This document shows, piece by piece, positions 1-11,759 of a stretch of 64,000 bases of DNA (position 1 is the stretch's first letter; every line of letters begins with the position of its first letter). The position numbers were made by a program, and so were the translations under genes. The notes beneath the pieces were generated by a model, which ran no database searches, had not been told where the DNA came from, and worked only from the letters and a program-made list of their open reading frames with translations. The DNA is taken from NCBI GenBank assembly GCA_016748015.1, contig JAAOMT010000512.1:1808893-1872892 (forward strand). Direction: 5' to 3'. Origin of the DNA: Geosiphon pyriformis uo1 (taxonomy: Eukaryota; Fungi; Glomeromycota).

Positions 1-489
1 CCATTTGATGCAGCATACAACAGTACTCTCAATAAACTTTACCACTACTCTCATGATACTAAAATAATTTTTGACCTAGCAATAGCATTGATCAATAGAG
101 CCACCCAAAAAGATGTCTGCCAAATGAAAGAAGCTGAATACATTAAGTATACCATGGAATTAGCTGGATTTGATTATGAAGATAAAGTAGAAACCTACCA
201 CCAAATTACAAGCCACATATATCCGACCAAAAAAGCTCAAATTTAATGATTAGAGCAAATAAACATTCAGTTGTGTGAAGAATGTGTTATGCCTTGTAAT
301 GACCAATAGTGTTTAGAATGTTATGCTCTTAGCATTCCTCTGCCAGATGAGAATGATGAAAATAAAATCGAATTTGGAGTATCTGAACTAGTAAAAAAAC
401 TACCAACCACCCCCATCTATCTTCTTGAAAAACAACTACCTCTACAACTCAAATATTTTGACAAACATGGCCAAGGAATCAGACCAGAA

Positions 490-890
490 AAAGCACACGA
501 AATTGATGCTAGATATGACCTAAGATACCCAGAAAAAGATACTTTAGTTCTTCAACCAAAGTCCTTGACAAAAATCAATTTCAAAATTGCTCTTGAAATT
601 TCACCAGAAGCAATGGTTCAAATTGCCTCCAGATCATCATTGGCAAGCAAAGGAATCAATATTAGAGAAGGAGTTATAAATGCAGGATATACTGGAGACA
701 TTACCATCATATTACAGAATGAGACAGACAAACCATTCAAAATTGAACATGCTGAAAAAATTGCTCAAGCAATTTACTTACCCTTAATCAACATTTCGGG
801 TTTACAATCAGTAAACCACAGAAAACAATTGGAAAAAAGTGAAAGAGAAACTCAAGATTTTGGTTCAACTGGACGATTTACAGTTCCAGT
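490..890 (+). pseudogene. dUTPase domain of Gypsy pol (copy A)
   Basis: Five dUTPase motifs recognisable: DA(G>R)YDL, ASRSSLA, GVINAGYTG, EKIAQAI, RETQDFGSTG (ORF 565..945). Confidence 0.9.
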
Positions 891-1346
891 AAACATAGCT
901 TTTAATACACAAAATGAATCTCACCAGATTCTTCAACTTCTCTAGCCAATTACCATTTCACCTTTTGGAGAACATCATGAAATTTACATTTGCTCAAAAC
1001 CCACCACTACACAACAAATCTTTGAATCCAATAAACAAATCTGTTTGAAGCATGAAATCTTAATTCCAAATGTTTATATTTCCAAAGGAATGAAAAAATT
1101 TTGAGTTATATTCTACAACCCCAATAATTACTCTATTGTCTTATTAAACAAACTGGAGATTGGAATTATACACAGCAATATTTTCAAGATGAAAACTCTC
1201 AAATTGTTTCTAATTTCATCGAAATTGTAAGGCACACTCTATTCCCAAATCTAAATATTATTCTCACTACTGAATACTACCCTTTTTTGGAAGAAAAACT
1301 CTCTTGAATTAACATAAGTCCCTTAGAACTTCAACAACAAAGACAA

Positions 1347-2719
1347 TTGAAACAATTGATAGCTGAATTTGCAGATATATTTGCAAAAACAACAATAACC
1401 TGGGAAAAACGGATATGGTTTAACATCAGATCCATACAGGAGATGCTCCACCAAAATGTCAGCAAGCTTACAGAGTGCCATTTGCCAGCCACCAATTCAT
1501 CAGAGAAGAAATTCAGAGAATGCTCAATAACGAATTGATTCAGCCATCAAAAAGTCCTTGGGCCTCACCAGTAGTCTTTGTCAAAAAGAAAAATGAAAAA
1601 ATCAGATTTTGTGTTGACTATTGTCAAGTAAACAGTGTGACAATTGGAGATGTCTACCCTTTTCCAAGAATTGATGACATGCTAGATGCTCTAGGAAAAG
1701 CCAAGTTCTTTTCAACTTTAGACTTGGAAAGTGAATACTAACAAGTCAAAATAGACCCAAAAGACCAACCCAAAACAGCATTTACCACCCAAGGAGGAAA
1801 CTATAAGTTCAATATTATGCCTTTTGGACTCTGTAATGCACCAGCAACATTTCAGCAACTCATGGATGTTGTATATGAAGGGCTCTTGTGGCAATCAGTA
1901 GTTGTCTATCTTCATGACATTGATGTATACTCACCAAGCTTTGAGACTTATCTTATTTACCTGCAAGAAGTTTTTCAATGATTACGGAAAGCAGGATTGA
2001 AGTTAAACATTGAAAAATGTCACTTTGGAAAAACAAGCTTAATCTTTCTTGGACACATTGTTAGCAAAGATGGAGTCAAACCAAATCCAGAAACAATCAG
2101 TGCTGTCAAAAACTTTCAAACCCCCAGAAATACCACAGAACTAAGAGGATTTGTAGGATTAATTTTTTACTATCAAAAATTCATCAAAGGATTCTCAGAA
2201 ATTGCCAAACCACTCAATTATCTCACCAATAAAAATGTGCCATACAAATGGACTAAAAAACAACAAAAAGCATTTGAAACTCTCAAAACAAAGCTGACAA
2301 CAGCCCCAGTTCTTGCTTACTCAGATTTCAACAAACAATTTCAACTAGCCACTAATGCTTCACACATAACATTCAGTGCCATCTTATCACAAGTAGATAA
2401 AAATGAACAAAAACAAGTCATTACTTATGCTAGTAGAACACTCAAACCAACAGAACTAAAATATGGCTCAACTGAATTAGAAGCTGCTGCAGTTATTTGG
2501 GCTCTTAAACATTTTCAACAATATCTGAAGAATGGAAAAAAATTTGACATAATAATGGACAACATTGGTCTCAAATGGCTTAATAAAAAGAAAACTGAAC
2601 AAAGTGCCAAACAGTCTCAATAGAATGACTTCCTAGCAGACTACAAATATATTGTATACCACAAACCAGGAAAACTACATACTAATGTTGATAGCCTTTC
2701 AAGAATGAGACAAAATTAA
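1347..2719 (+). pseudogene. Reverse transcriptase + RNase H of copy A (frameshifts and stops)
   Basis: ORFs 1347..1538, 1475..1741, 1997..2623; pol frame ends ...DSLSRMRQN-TAA at 2717-2719. Confidence 0.93.
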
Positions 2720-2777
2720 TACCAACAACAAATTCCACCGCAACTTACTAACCTACCAACAAAATAACCAAACAAGA

Positions 2778-4146
2778 ATGGATTCCAGAAATTACAGCAA
2801 TCTTAAAAATTATTTGAAGACTCTTACCATGCCAGAAAACTGGTCTTCAAGTGAAAAACATTGTTTACAACACCAATCAAAACAATATTTTATACACTAG
2901 AACAAAATCTATTATAAAAATCACAAAAACCCAAACCAACCACTCAGATTAGTACAAGAGAATGAAAAAGAAACAATTTTATACAACATGTACACAGATC
3001 CATCTTCAGCATACTTGGGAAGAGATGGAACAATTTAAAGAACCCTTATTTTTGGCTTCACATGTAAAAAAACATTCGACAATATGTAGAATCTTGTAAT
3101 AGTTGTCAAAAAAGAGAAGGAATTTGCCCCACAGAATCTTTAAATCTAATCAAAGTTGGACAACCTTTTGACAGAGTTGGAATTGATTTAGTCGGACCAT
3201 TACCTATCACATCCCAAAGAAATCGCTATATTACAGTAGCAGTAGATTATTTTACCAAATAGCTTGAAGCTAGAGCCATCCAAAGAGCAAATGCAAAATC
3301 AGTAGCAAATTTCATCTATGAAGACATTATGGATGCCCAATTGAACTTTTATCTAATCAAAGAACACATTTTGTGAACAACTTAATACAAAAAATTTGTG
3401 AACAGTTTAATGTCCAAAAATCTCTATCATCACCTTATTACCCTCAAACAAATGGACTTGTAAAACGTTTTAACAGAACATTGTATGAATTTCTAGCCAA
3501 AGTCTCAACAGACTTTGAGCAGGAATGAGATATCTTTATTCCATCAGTGTTACTAGCATAGAGAATGCTAAAACAAGATACTACGAAACACATACCATTT
3601 GATCTTACTTATGGAAGGACAGCAACATTACTAATTAATTTCACAGTAGAAACATACTCAGTGCAACCAATCAATGAAGAAAACTTTCAAGAAACACTCC
3701 AAAGAAGGGCTTATACTCTTCTTAGTACACTGGAAGAAAAAAAAAGAATAGTAGCAACTCATATTGAACATTCTTAAGCTCAATAAAAAGAAAGACATAA
3801 CAACAAATTACTACCTATTACCAACGAATTTAAAGTTGGAAATAAAGTTCTCTTACACAGAACTAAGACTGAAAAACAATGGAGTGGGAAATTTGAAAAC
3901 AAATGGGATGGACCATTTTATATTTACGAAATTCTAGGCAATGGATTATATAAGTTAAGACTTGATGACAAAATACTAGCAAAAGTTGTACATGGAAACA
4001 GATTGAAACACTATCATTCCAGAAACAATCCTGAAACATTAATTTTACAAATTGGTACACATTTCCCTTTAATTAATCCTGAAGATATTCCCCAAAATTT
4101 AGAACCAATAATTATAATAGAACAACAACCAAACTTGAATACTTAA
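2778..4146 (+). pseudogene. Integrase of copy A (HHCC, rve core, GPF-type C-terminal region), own ATG
   Basis: ATG 2778; CNSCQ zinc-binding part; FDRVGIDLVGP, YPQTNGLV, KWDGPF..YKL; TAA 4144-4146. Confidence 0.9.
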
Positions 4147-4291
4147 ATTTTACAATAATTCTTTAATAAAAACACAAAGACAAAAATAGTAAATAAATTA
4201 CAAAAACACCCAAACCCAAAAACAAATAAAAACCCCATATCCCAAAAATAATTTTTCTTATTTTCTCTTTTCATAATTAATTAATTTTATC

Positions 4292-4999
4292 ATGATTATT
4301 CTCCGAAATATTCAACAAATATCCCAAAAGTTAATGTTAGCCTTGAAAACACTTCCTGACTTATTCATAACAATTAATAGAAGTCAAATTAATTACATTC
4401 AGAAAGAAACCACAGCCCCAGTAGCAAATCATTCACAGAACTATCACCCCTATAGAAGAAAAACAAGAAATCACTCTGAAAATAAGTTACCAAGACTTTT
4501 GAAACAAGCACTAGAAGAAAATCTTTTAATTGCCCCTATGAACATTCTACCAAATGCTACAATACAACAAAAACTTCTACTACTTCTCAATGAACAGAAC
4601 AATAAACACACCCCTATCTATAAATACTTTCACATTGGAAAGACACTTTATGAACGAAAACTGGAACTTAAAGCAACAAATCTCACTCCTGAAGCTATAC
4701 AAAAACAAATTCACAATAAATTCAAAACAGCAGCTGGACCAACAAATACTTGCTACAAACTTAGAGCAGCTTTTAGACTCTATGATTTGTTTAATACTTG
4801 TAAAAATGTTCTACAAAATCCAATACTGCAACCAATAAAAGTCCAATACATTGGCAAACTCACAGAACTGAAATTTCAACAATTTTCAGACCAGATTACT
4901 TCAATTATTTTGGATCACTATCTCAATATTACAGTTAGTGCTTGGACTTTGATGGAACTCAGTCTTGAGGAAGAGATTATGTTACCAGTAGAATTTTAG
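4292..4999 (+). CDS. Extra sense ORF3 of Gypsy copy A, 235 aa, unknown function; runs through the PPT into the 3' LTR
   Basis: Open 235-codon ORF; homologues at the same position in copies B, D and more distantly C. Confidence 0.75.
   Translation: MIILRNIQQISQKLMLALKTLPDLFITINRSQINYIQKETTAPVANHSQNYHPYRRKTRNHSENKLPRLLKQALEENLLIAPMNILPNATIQQKLLLLLNEQNNKHTPIYKYFHIGKTLYERKLELKATNLTPEAIQKQIHNKFKTAAGPTNTCYKLRAAFRLYDLFNTCKNVLQNPILQPIKVQYIGKLTELKFQQFSDQITSIILDHYLNITVSAWTLMELSLEEEIMLPVEF
4967..4976 (+). promoter_or_regulatory. Polypurine tract of copy A
   Basis: GAGGAAGAGA 3 nt before LTR start TGTTACCAG. Confidence 0.8.
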
Positions 5000-5971
5000 C
5001 TATTAATTAGCATAAAATTACCCTTATAATTTCTATAATTAATTAGTATATTAATATCATTTCAAATTATCATTTATTATTTAATCAATTATTACATATC
5101 ACGATTCAATTAAAATAATCTAATTAGTATAACAGAAAGTAGGATGATTAAATTACACAATACTCTGAACTTTGTAACATTCTAAAATTCGCCAAAATTT
5201 ATAAGAAATTCGCCGAAATTTATAGAAATTCGCCGAAATTATGAATAGTTCATCCAAATTAATCAATAGTTCAGCAAAATAACTTGTAGTTCATCAAAAT
5301 ATATCTTTAGTTTGCCAAAATTTGAGCAAAGAAAAAAAGTGCAAGTTCATAGACTAGTACTACAACAAGTTGTATAAAAAAAGAGCTTTTCTCTTCAAGA
5401 AAATGTATCTTACTTTAGATTTATCACTTAGAACTATTCTTACACACACAAAAAGAAATAAATATCAAATAATTTGAAAAACCAAATTCTTTAATTATTG
5501 CACTTGGAAAATCCTCAAAACCCAACTAACGTTTTGAAATTAATTAGCTACCAATTTCAGTAAACTGTTAGTGACTCCAGGCCTAAATAGAAAACGTTTC
5601 TCTTGATAAAATCCTATTTCTTTTACATTTTTTTTATTTTTCTTTTCTTTTCTTATTACAATTATTAGGGTAGTCTACAGACGAGATTCCTGTAGAAGAG
5701 TTGACTTTTACAGCAAAGTAACTACACATTTTTAGTAAGCTTTTAGATGAGTAATTCCTAGGAAAGATTTGATGTTTACTACAATGTAACTACATAAAAT
5801 AACTGGTAAGGAATTGGCTATTCCACTTATAAGCTCAGCAGTTCAAATTATAGGAGATAATTTGAAGATAAATTCAGTTATTAGAGGTTCAACTACTTCT
5901 AGAAAACATAAATTTGCAACCAACAAACAGTTACAACATTCAAGAAAAGAGACCAAAAACCTCCAGTAATA
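4980..5971 (+). repeat. 3' LTR of copy A (~990 bp) with ~20-bp tandem repeats (5185-5240) and TATA-like TATAAAA (~5373)
   Basis: Starts TGTTACCAG, ends CCAGTAATA (eroded CTGGTAACA); reverse complement of 37426-38435 and 46378-47380. Confidence 0.93.
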
Positions 5972-8777
5972 CTGTACAGAAAAGGATGATAAATTGCATC
6001 ACTAAAGAAATCATGCAGCAGGCCAAACTTAGATTTCAAGCTTTTATGAATCAGAGTGTCCCACTTTTTACAAACACTGACAGGAACATAACTGAATTGT
6101 GTTTTATAATCAATGATAGGAAAAAGAACTGCTGAAACCAAATATAAAAACTGCTTATCAGATACTGCCTTCTTGAAAACCAAATTAGCAAAAAACCAGA
6201 CATCAAAATGTGCTTTGGCCAGGCTAGGTTTGGAAAGACCCTCAGTCAACAGATAGATTCCTAAATAGTAATGCAATTTCTCTTTCTTGGCAATAGAAAT
6301 AGGTGATCTGCTGATCAACAGGAAAGGATCTACAATCTTGCAATTGATAGGAATGGTCACAGTCTTATCATTATTAATTGAAATATCATTGATATCAAAA
6401 AATTCACTAACAATGTTGAGAATGTGCTGCATAACACTTTGACTGCTACCAACTCATATAGTATCATCAACAAAGACACTTATGGCAAAAAAGGAGGAGA
6501 GACCAGCCTGAGATTCAGCATGACCACATCCAGAAATAAAGTAAGAATTCAACTTATATTCACACCCATCTGCCTGTTTCTTGACCTCACACAGAAGAGG
6601 ATCATAAAATATGTGCCAAAGGAGTGGTGAGAACACCTCCCCCTGGTTCAAGCCATCATGCACTCTGTATTCATCTGTCAAACCAAAATCTGTTATAACC
6701 CTATTAATGTAATCATTATAAATACCACCAAAAAACCTAATGAACCTACTACATATCTTTATCCTAACCAAATTGTTTTGAAGATGCTCCCATCTAACAG
6801 AATCATAAGCCTTCTGCATGTTTTGCAAGACCAACCAGAGTTCATAATCCTTCTCCAAAGCATTTTCAACCACTGAACCAATGGCAAAAATGGGTGACTG
6901 CATTGTCATATCTCTCAGGACCAAAAAATTGTCTTCACACAAAATGTCAAAAGTATTACATGCCGACAAAATCCTATTCAAGAAAATTTTGGAAAAAATC
7001 TTGCAGACAGTTTCAATTAAGGCAATAGATTGGGTGTTTATGAAAACTCCATCCCACTTATATGGCTTAGAAATCATTGAAACCCAAGCTTTCTTCCAAG
7101 CACTGGGTATTGATTCACAGATCAAACAAGAATTCAAAAGCACCAAAAGCATATCCAAAACTAATTTATCACAATGTTTCCAGAGTTTATTCAAAATCCC
7201 AGAGAGATCAGCAGTTTTACTTTCAGAAAAATTAAAAACCATATCAAGCAACTTATCAATACCAACAGGGCACATCACACCAGAAAAGACATTATTGAAA
7301 ACATACTCCAGAGGCTGGTATTGGCAGGACCATATATCTGAGATGTCAGACATCACTCTGCACTTTCTGGTCCAACCTTCCATGATCCCATTCACCTTAG
7401 ATTTAACTAGACTTGGCTCCAATACCAATTTGTCACCTACTATCAGATGATCTAGTACCACTTTGTGAAAGGAGCGCTCCAAAACACTCTTAATAATGTG
7501 ACCCTTGTCAGATTCAAAGCTTTCCATTCTCTTATTAATAGCCACCTTGATACACACTTCCTCAACATGCCTGAATTCCAGCAACTTAAAAGAGTGCTAA
7601 GATTTCCTTATCTTAGCCAGAGCCAAGTAAATTATGTCAAAATTGGAACCTGAAAGAAATAAAGACTTTATTACTGCTGCACTATCAGCATCGATTCCAC
7701 ATCATGTATTCAACAATAAAGCAAATTCCACACTAAAGACCAAGTGAAAAGTCTTAACCAGCTTAGACACCAGCAATTTCAGCTTATGAAACTTCGAAGA
7801 AACTCTGGTGAAAATCCCATCAAAATCCTTGAACCATTTTTTTCTAAATATCTCATTAGCTGAAAAAGTCATTATTTTGCGCAAAACATTCCACAAAATA
7901 TCCAAATCCGAGAGTTGTATAGTGGCTTTGAACTCATTGGCAAACATACCAGCATTGGCTGAAGTGGCATCTTCAAAACTTTTTCATTTAATGTTGTCAG
8001 CACCTCTAAAATCAAACTTCCAATGATTTCTATTAGCCTGCCTATGAAGAGAGTTTAACTAAGTATCCAGCAGACTGTCCAGGCCCACAGAAACAGAAAC
8101 TGCCCAATAATCAGTGGTGAAATGTTTGCTCACATCCATAACATTGTAATTCATTACTGCATTGACCAAATTAGATAAAACTAGCACAAAATCAATTGTT
8201 TTTTCACACCTCTTGAAATTTCCCATGTAGAACTTTTTACTACTGGGCTACCTGACAAAGAGTTGACCAGCCCCAAGTCTAGACATCTTTTAAAACTTGC
8301 ACTCTTATGCAAACTGTCCTCATTGAAATCACCACCCAAAACAACAAAAGAAGATTCATTAACAGCCTTAGCAATGAGAAAGTTGACTTCACCAGCCTGA
8401 GAGAACCAAACCATTGAAGAAGCACCAGTATATAACCCCAAAATAGACACAGAAAGTTTATTCTTGAAAAGCAACTTAATAGACAGGAGCCAACCAGACA
8501 CTTCAGAAACTTTGTACACATGTTTTGTCAAAGAAATGTCCATGATAATCACAACACCAGAGCCCACATGACCAGAATTCAAACCAGAGGTAAACACCCA
8601 GATATTATCAAACTTATTCATGATCCATGGGCAAATTTTACTCTTTAACTTGGTCTCAATAACAATAGAAATCAAATTGTTTGTCTCCTTATGCCAATGA
8701 ATTATATTATCCTGTTTTACAGGATTGTTTATGCCCCTTATATTACATGTGGCAATCTTCCAAACCAAAACACTCAT
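5972..8777 (-). pseudogene. LINE copy 1 ORF2 (endonuclease + RT), interrupted
   Basis: ATG 8777-8775 (MSVLVWKIATCN); ORFs 8181..8822, 7702..7947, 6454..7584, 5899..6432. Confidence 0.88.
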
Positions 8778-10733
8778 TAAGAAATAGAGGCAGCCAATGA
8801 ATTCAAACCTGAGCACAAACAATCCAATTTTTCCAAAACAGATTCAACCGAGACCTTTAAAGCCACCATCTTGGATTCTAAACTACTAATTTTGGTAGTC
8901 AAAACTTTAGAACTACTTGGACTTATGACTGGAGCTGTATCATTGATAACAGGAGAAGAGGGGTTGGGAATCACTGAAGCACCATCCAATACTATATCCA
9001 AATCCAAGTCTAAAACCACAGACACTAAAACTGCCAAAGAAGAAGCATCAGATGTATTTGCCAAAGGCACCAAATTTATGGAACCCAATTTCTCCAAAAT
9101 ACCAGAAACCTGGTCAGCCAAAAGTTCCAGAGAGCATTCCAAAGAAGCCAAGCAATCATACACGTCATGATCGCCAGACAAAGCAGAAGCAAATAGGGAG
9201 GTTTTAGTAACAAGGGACAGATTATTACTAAAAGGAACCAAAGGAGCCACATGAAAAGATAAACCACCAGCTATCTGAGCCTAAGTTCTACACCAAAAAA
9301 AACTGAATGGACAATAGAAGCTTGTTTCTTCTTATAAATACCAGCCAAATGAACCTGATCCTAGTCAGTTACCACTTGCTTCTCACAAACTCCAGAAATC
9401 TCACCAGATGAACATGCATCAGAGATGTGACCAAATTGTTTGCATTTGGCACAGCAAGCCAGAGAAAGACCAGCCCATTGCAAATTCACACCCATAAAAA
9501 CCGGATTAGAACCAATTATAGCCAACTTTGATTCTTCATCAACAAAACAAACCACAGCACATCTGTCATGAACATAAAAACTAAGATTGCAACCAATAAA
9601 ACAGGTTTTCCCACCATATGAATCAAGTAAACCAGACAAATCATGAGCAGTAGTGCCAACTGGTAAAGTATAGAACAAGGCCTTATGCTGATTTCTGAAC
9701 ACCCAAGATTGTTTATTTTTAACAGCCAATACCACCCACACAAAATCTTTTCCCATAAGAACTGACTATTTAGAAACAACCAAACTAGCCACCTCTGACA
9801 ACTCAAACTCAACCAAAGCTTTCTACCACAAATCAATCAATTACATCTTGATTGACACAATCTTACCAAACTTAGCAAAAACTGACTCAACTGCTAATCT
9901 GAGAAAATTTACTGGAATTTCCTTGACAATTATTTCCTGATTTGAACAAATGCCCAACTTTCTAACATCATTATTTATTAAAATCTTCCCATAAACTGCC
10001 AATTTCTTAGTCTTGTTAAGACTCAACTTAGAAGTAAAGAAGAATCTAATGATCTCTGGAAATTTTAAGGGAGTAGAAGCTCTTCCAAAACCATCCACTT
10101 GATAAAAAATTTTTTTGATTGCAATTAACTTATCACTTTTTGTTTTTTCAGACACAGTAAATAGCTTAATATCCAATGCAAAAGATTTGACTGGCTCAAA
10201 GTTTTTTTTTCTGAAACACGTGACTTAATACTTAGCAGCTGATTGGAACCTTCAAATTTAGGAGGTAGGAGAGCTATCATATTCTTATTACCACTTAAAA
10301 CATTGAACAAAGGAGCTTTCGGAGATTGACCTAATACATACGTGCGAGTGTGCGTTTTCCTGAGCGTGATATCATTCTCCATGCCATCAACCACAGAATC
10401 ATCCAAGTTAGCATAACTAGTTTTTTTAGCAATAGTATTTTTTATGTTTTTTAAGTCTAACAAGCCACTCATACTACTTGCTTCACTTTCCATTTTGCTG
10501 CCCCAAGATTTTGAAAACTTACTATTAATGTTACCAATATCGGCCAGGCCCAACGGACCAGTAGACAAATCGACCACACTGACACTGACTTTAAGATTCT
10601 TAAGCTTCTTATAAAATGCACTGTGAGAGTATACACTATTCACCCTCTTCTTTTTTGTATAAAGCCAGTTCCCCAAACCAATAGAAGTAGATCCAGAGCC
10701 ACCAACAATATAATTTGCTGGTTCCATGTTCAT
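8777..10733 (-). pseudogene. LINE copy 1 ORF1 (RRM-like + CCHC + coiled coil)
   Basis: ORFs 10125..10733, 9841..10176, 9361..9756, 8777..9250 chain together; EIPVN..AVESVFAKFGKIVSIK is RRM-like. Confidence 0.8.
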
Positions 10734-11114
10734 GAATAAAGGTACATTCGAAGAAATAGTTAAAATATGAAGAAAATAAGAAGTAAGAGAGATTTTTTCT
10801 TCAACAATATCTCACTCTCATTGTGATTGGGGGATCAACAAGAGAAAAATTTTTTTAACCAAGTAATTTTTAATTCAATTTTTAATTTTTATTATTATTG
10901 TTTAATAATACTTTATAAAATGTTTTTTCTAAATAATATAGTAATAAACCAGTTTTTTATTGATTTAAAATATTATTTTTAATTTTAAGTAGAAGTTTTT
11001 TTTATTTAAAGTAATTAATTAAAATCAATTTTAATATAATTGCTATTATTATAAAAAATCTTAGAATTTTTAACAACAAATCAATATTTAAGTTATTTAT
11101 TATTATTATTATTA

Positions 11115-11147
11115 TTTTTTTATTTGTTTTAACGAGTGAGGTCCAAA
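11115..11147 (-). mobile_element. Ultra-short 5'-truncated LINE tail (terminal motif + A-tail)
   Basis: Minus strand reads TTTGGACCTCACTCGTTAAAACAAATAAAAAAA, matching LINE 3' termini at ~14020-14058, ~14275-14312, ~31628-31667. Confidence 0.55.
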
Positions 11148-11759
11148 TTATTATTATTATTATTTTATATTAATTTAAATAATTAAAAAGATAAAAAAAG
11201 CCAAAAAGCAATTTATTTTCTTTATTTTTTTTAAAGCAGCCAATTTTTTTAAAATATTTAAAAAAGTTTTATTTTTAATATTTTTTCAAATATTACTTGG
11301 TTTTTAAAATCTGTTTTTTTTTTGTAAAAAATAAAATATTAACTATTTAATTTTTTTAATAATTATAATAATTATTATATTTAATTTATTTTAATTATAA
11401 ACAAAAATTCCTTTTTTTTAGATAATAATAATAACAACATATTTGCTAAAGCTAATTTTAATTAATATATAATTAAATTACTTAATATATTAAATATTAA
11501 TTGATTTTTATTGATTTTAAAAATAAAATAAATTATATTTTTACGTATAATTTTAATCAATTAATCTATTAAGTTATTTAATTTTAAGAATTAAATTAAT
11601 TAAATAAAAATTAAAACTATTTTTTTTTGTTTTTAATAATATTATAATAATTAAAAAATTATTAAATAAATAGTTTTTATTTTAAATATTAAAACTGTTT
11701 TTCAGTTTATATATAATTTTATTAATGTAAAATTAGGGTCTTTATTTAAAAATAGGAAA

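Larger units (their letters stand above)
1..5971 (+). mobile_element. Ty3/Gypsy LTR retrotransposon, family 1 copy A (5' part outside window), degenerate; dUTPase-RT-RNaseH, integrase, ORF3, 3' LTR
   Basis: RT motifs (SPWASPVVFVKKK, RFCVDY, FPRIDD, FSTLDL), RNase H (VITYASRTL, ELEAAAVIWAL), integrase, PPT and ~1 kb LTR; domain order RT-RH-IN is Gypsy; colinear with copy B. Confidence 0.95.
5972..10850 (-). mobile_element. LINE copy 1 (ORF1 + EN + RT), 3' part cut off by Gypsy A
   Basis: ORF1 with CCHC knuckle CAKCKQFGHISDAC; APE endonuclease (IATCNIRG, ETK, GGDFN); RT (KAYDSV, QGEVFSPLLW, FVDD); ends exactly at the LTR. Confidence 0.93.

Noticed and set aside
3900-4146. Chromodomain at the integrase C-terminus
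   Set aside because: No chromodomain-like aromatic pattern seen; the tail ends in P..LEPIIII in all three integrases
5185-5300. Short spaced repeats superficially like a CRISPR array (also 29925-30095)
   Set aside because: No unique spacers, located inside LTRs, eukaryotic context
6881-7450. Antisense ORFs over LINE RT (also 34385..34982, 11746..12282, 57584..57988)
   Set aside because: Shadow frames of real coding strands; no independent motifs
11733-11738. TTAGGG hexamer
   Set aside because: Single copy; not a telomeric array
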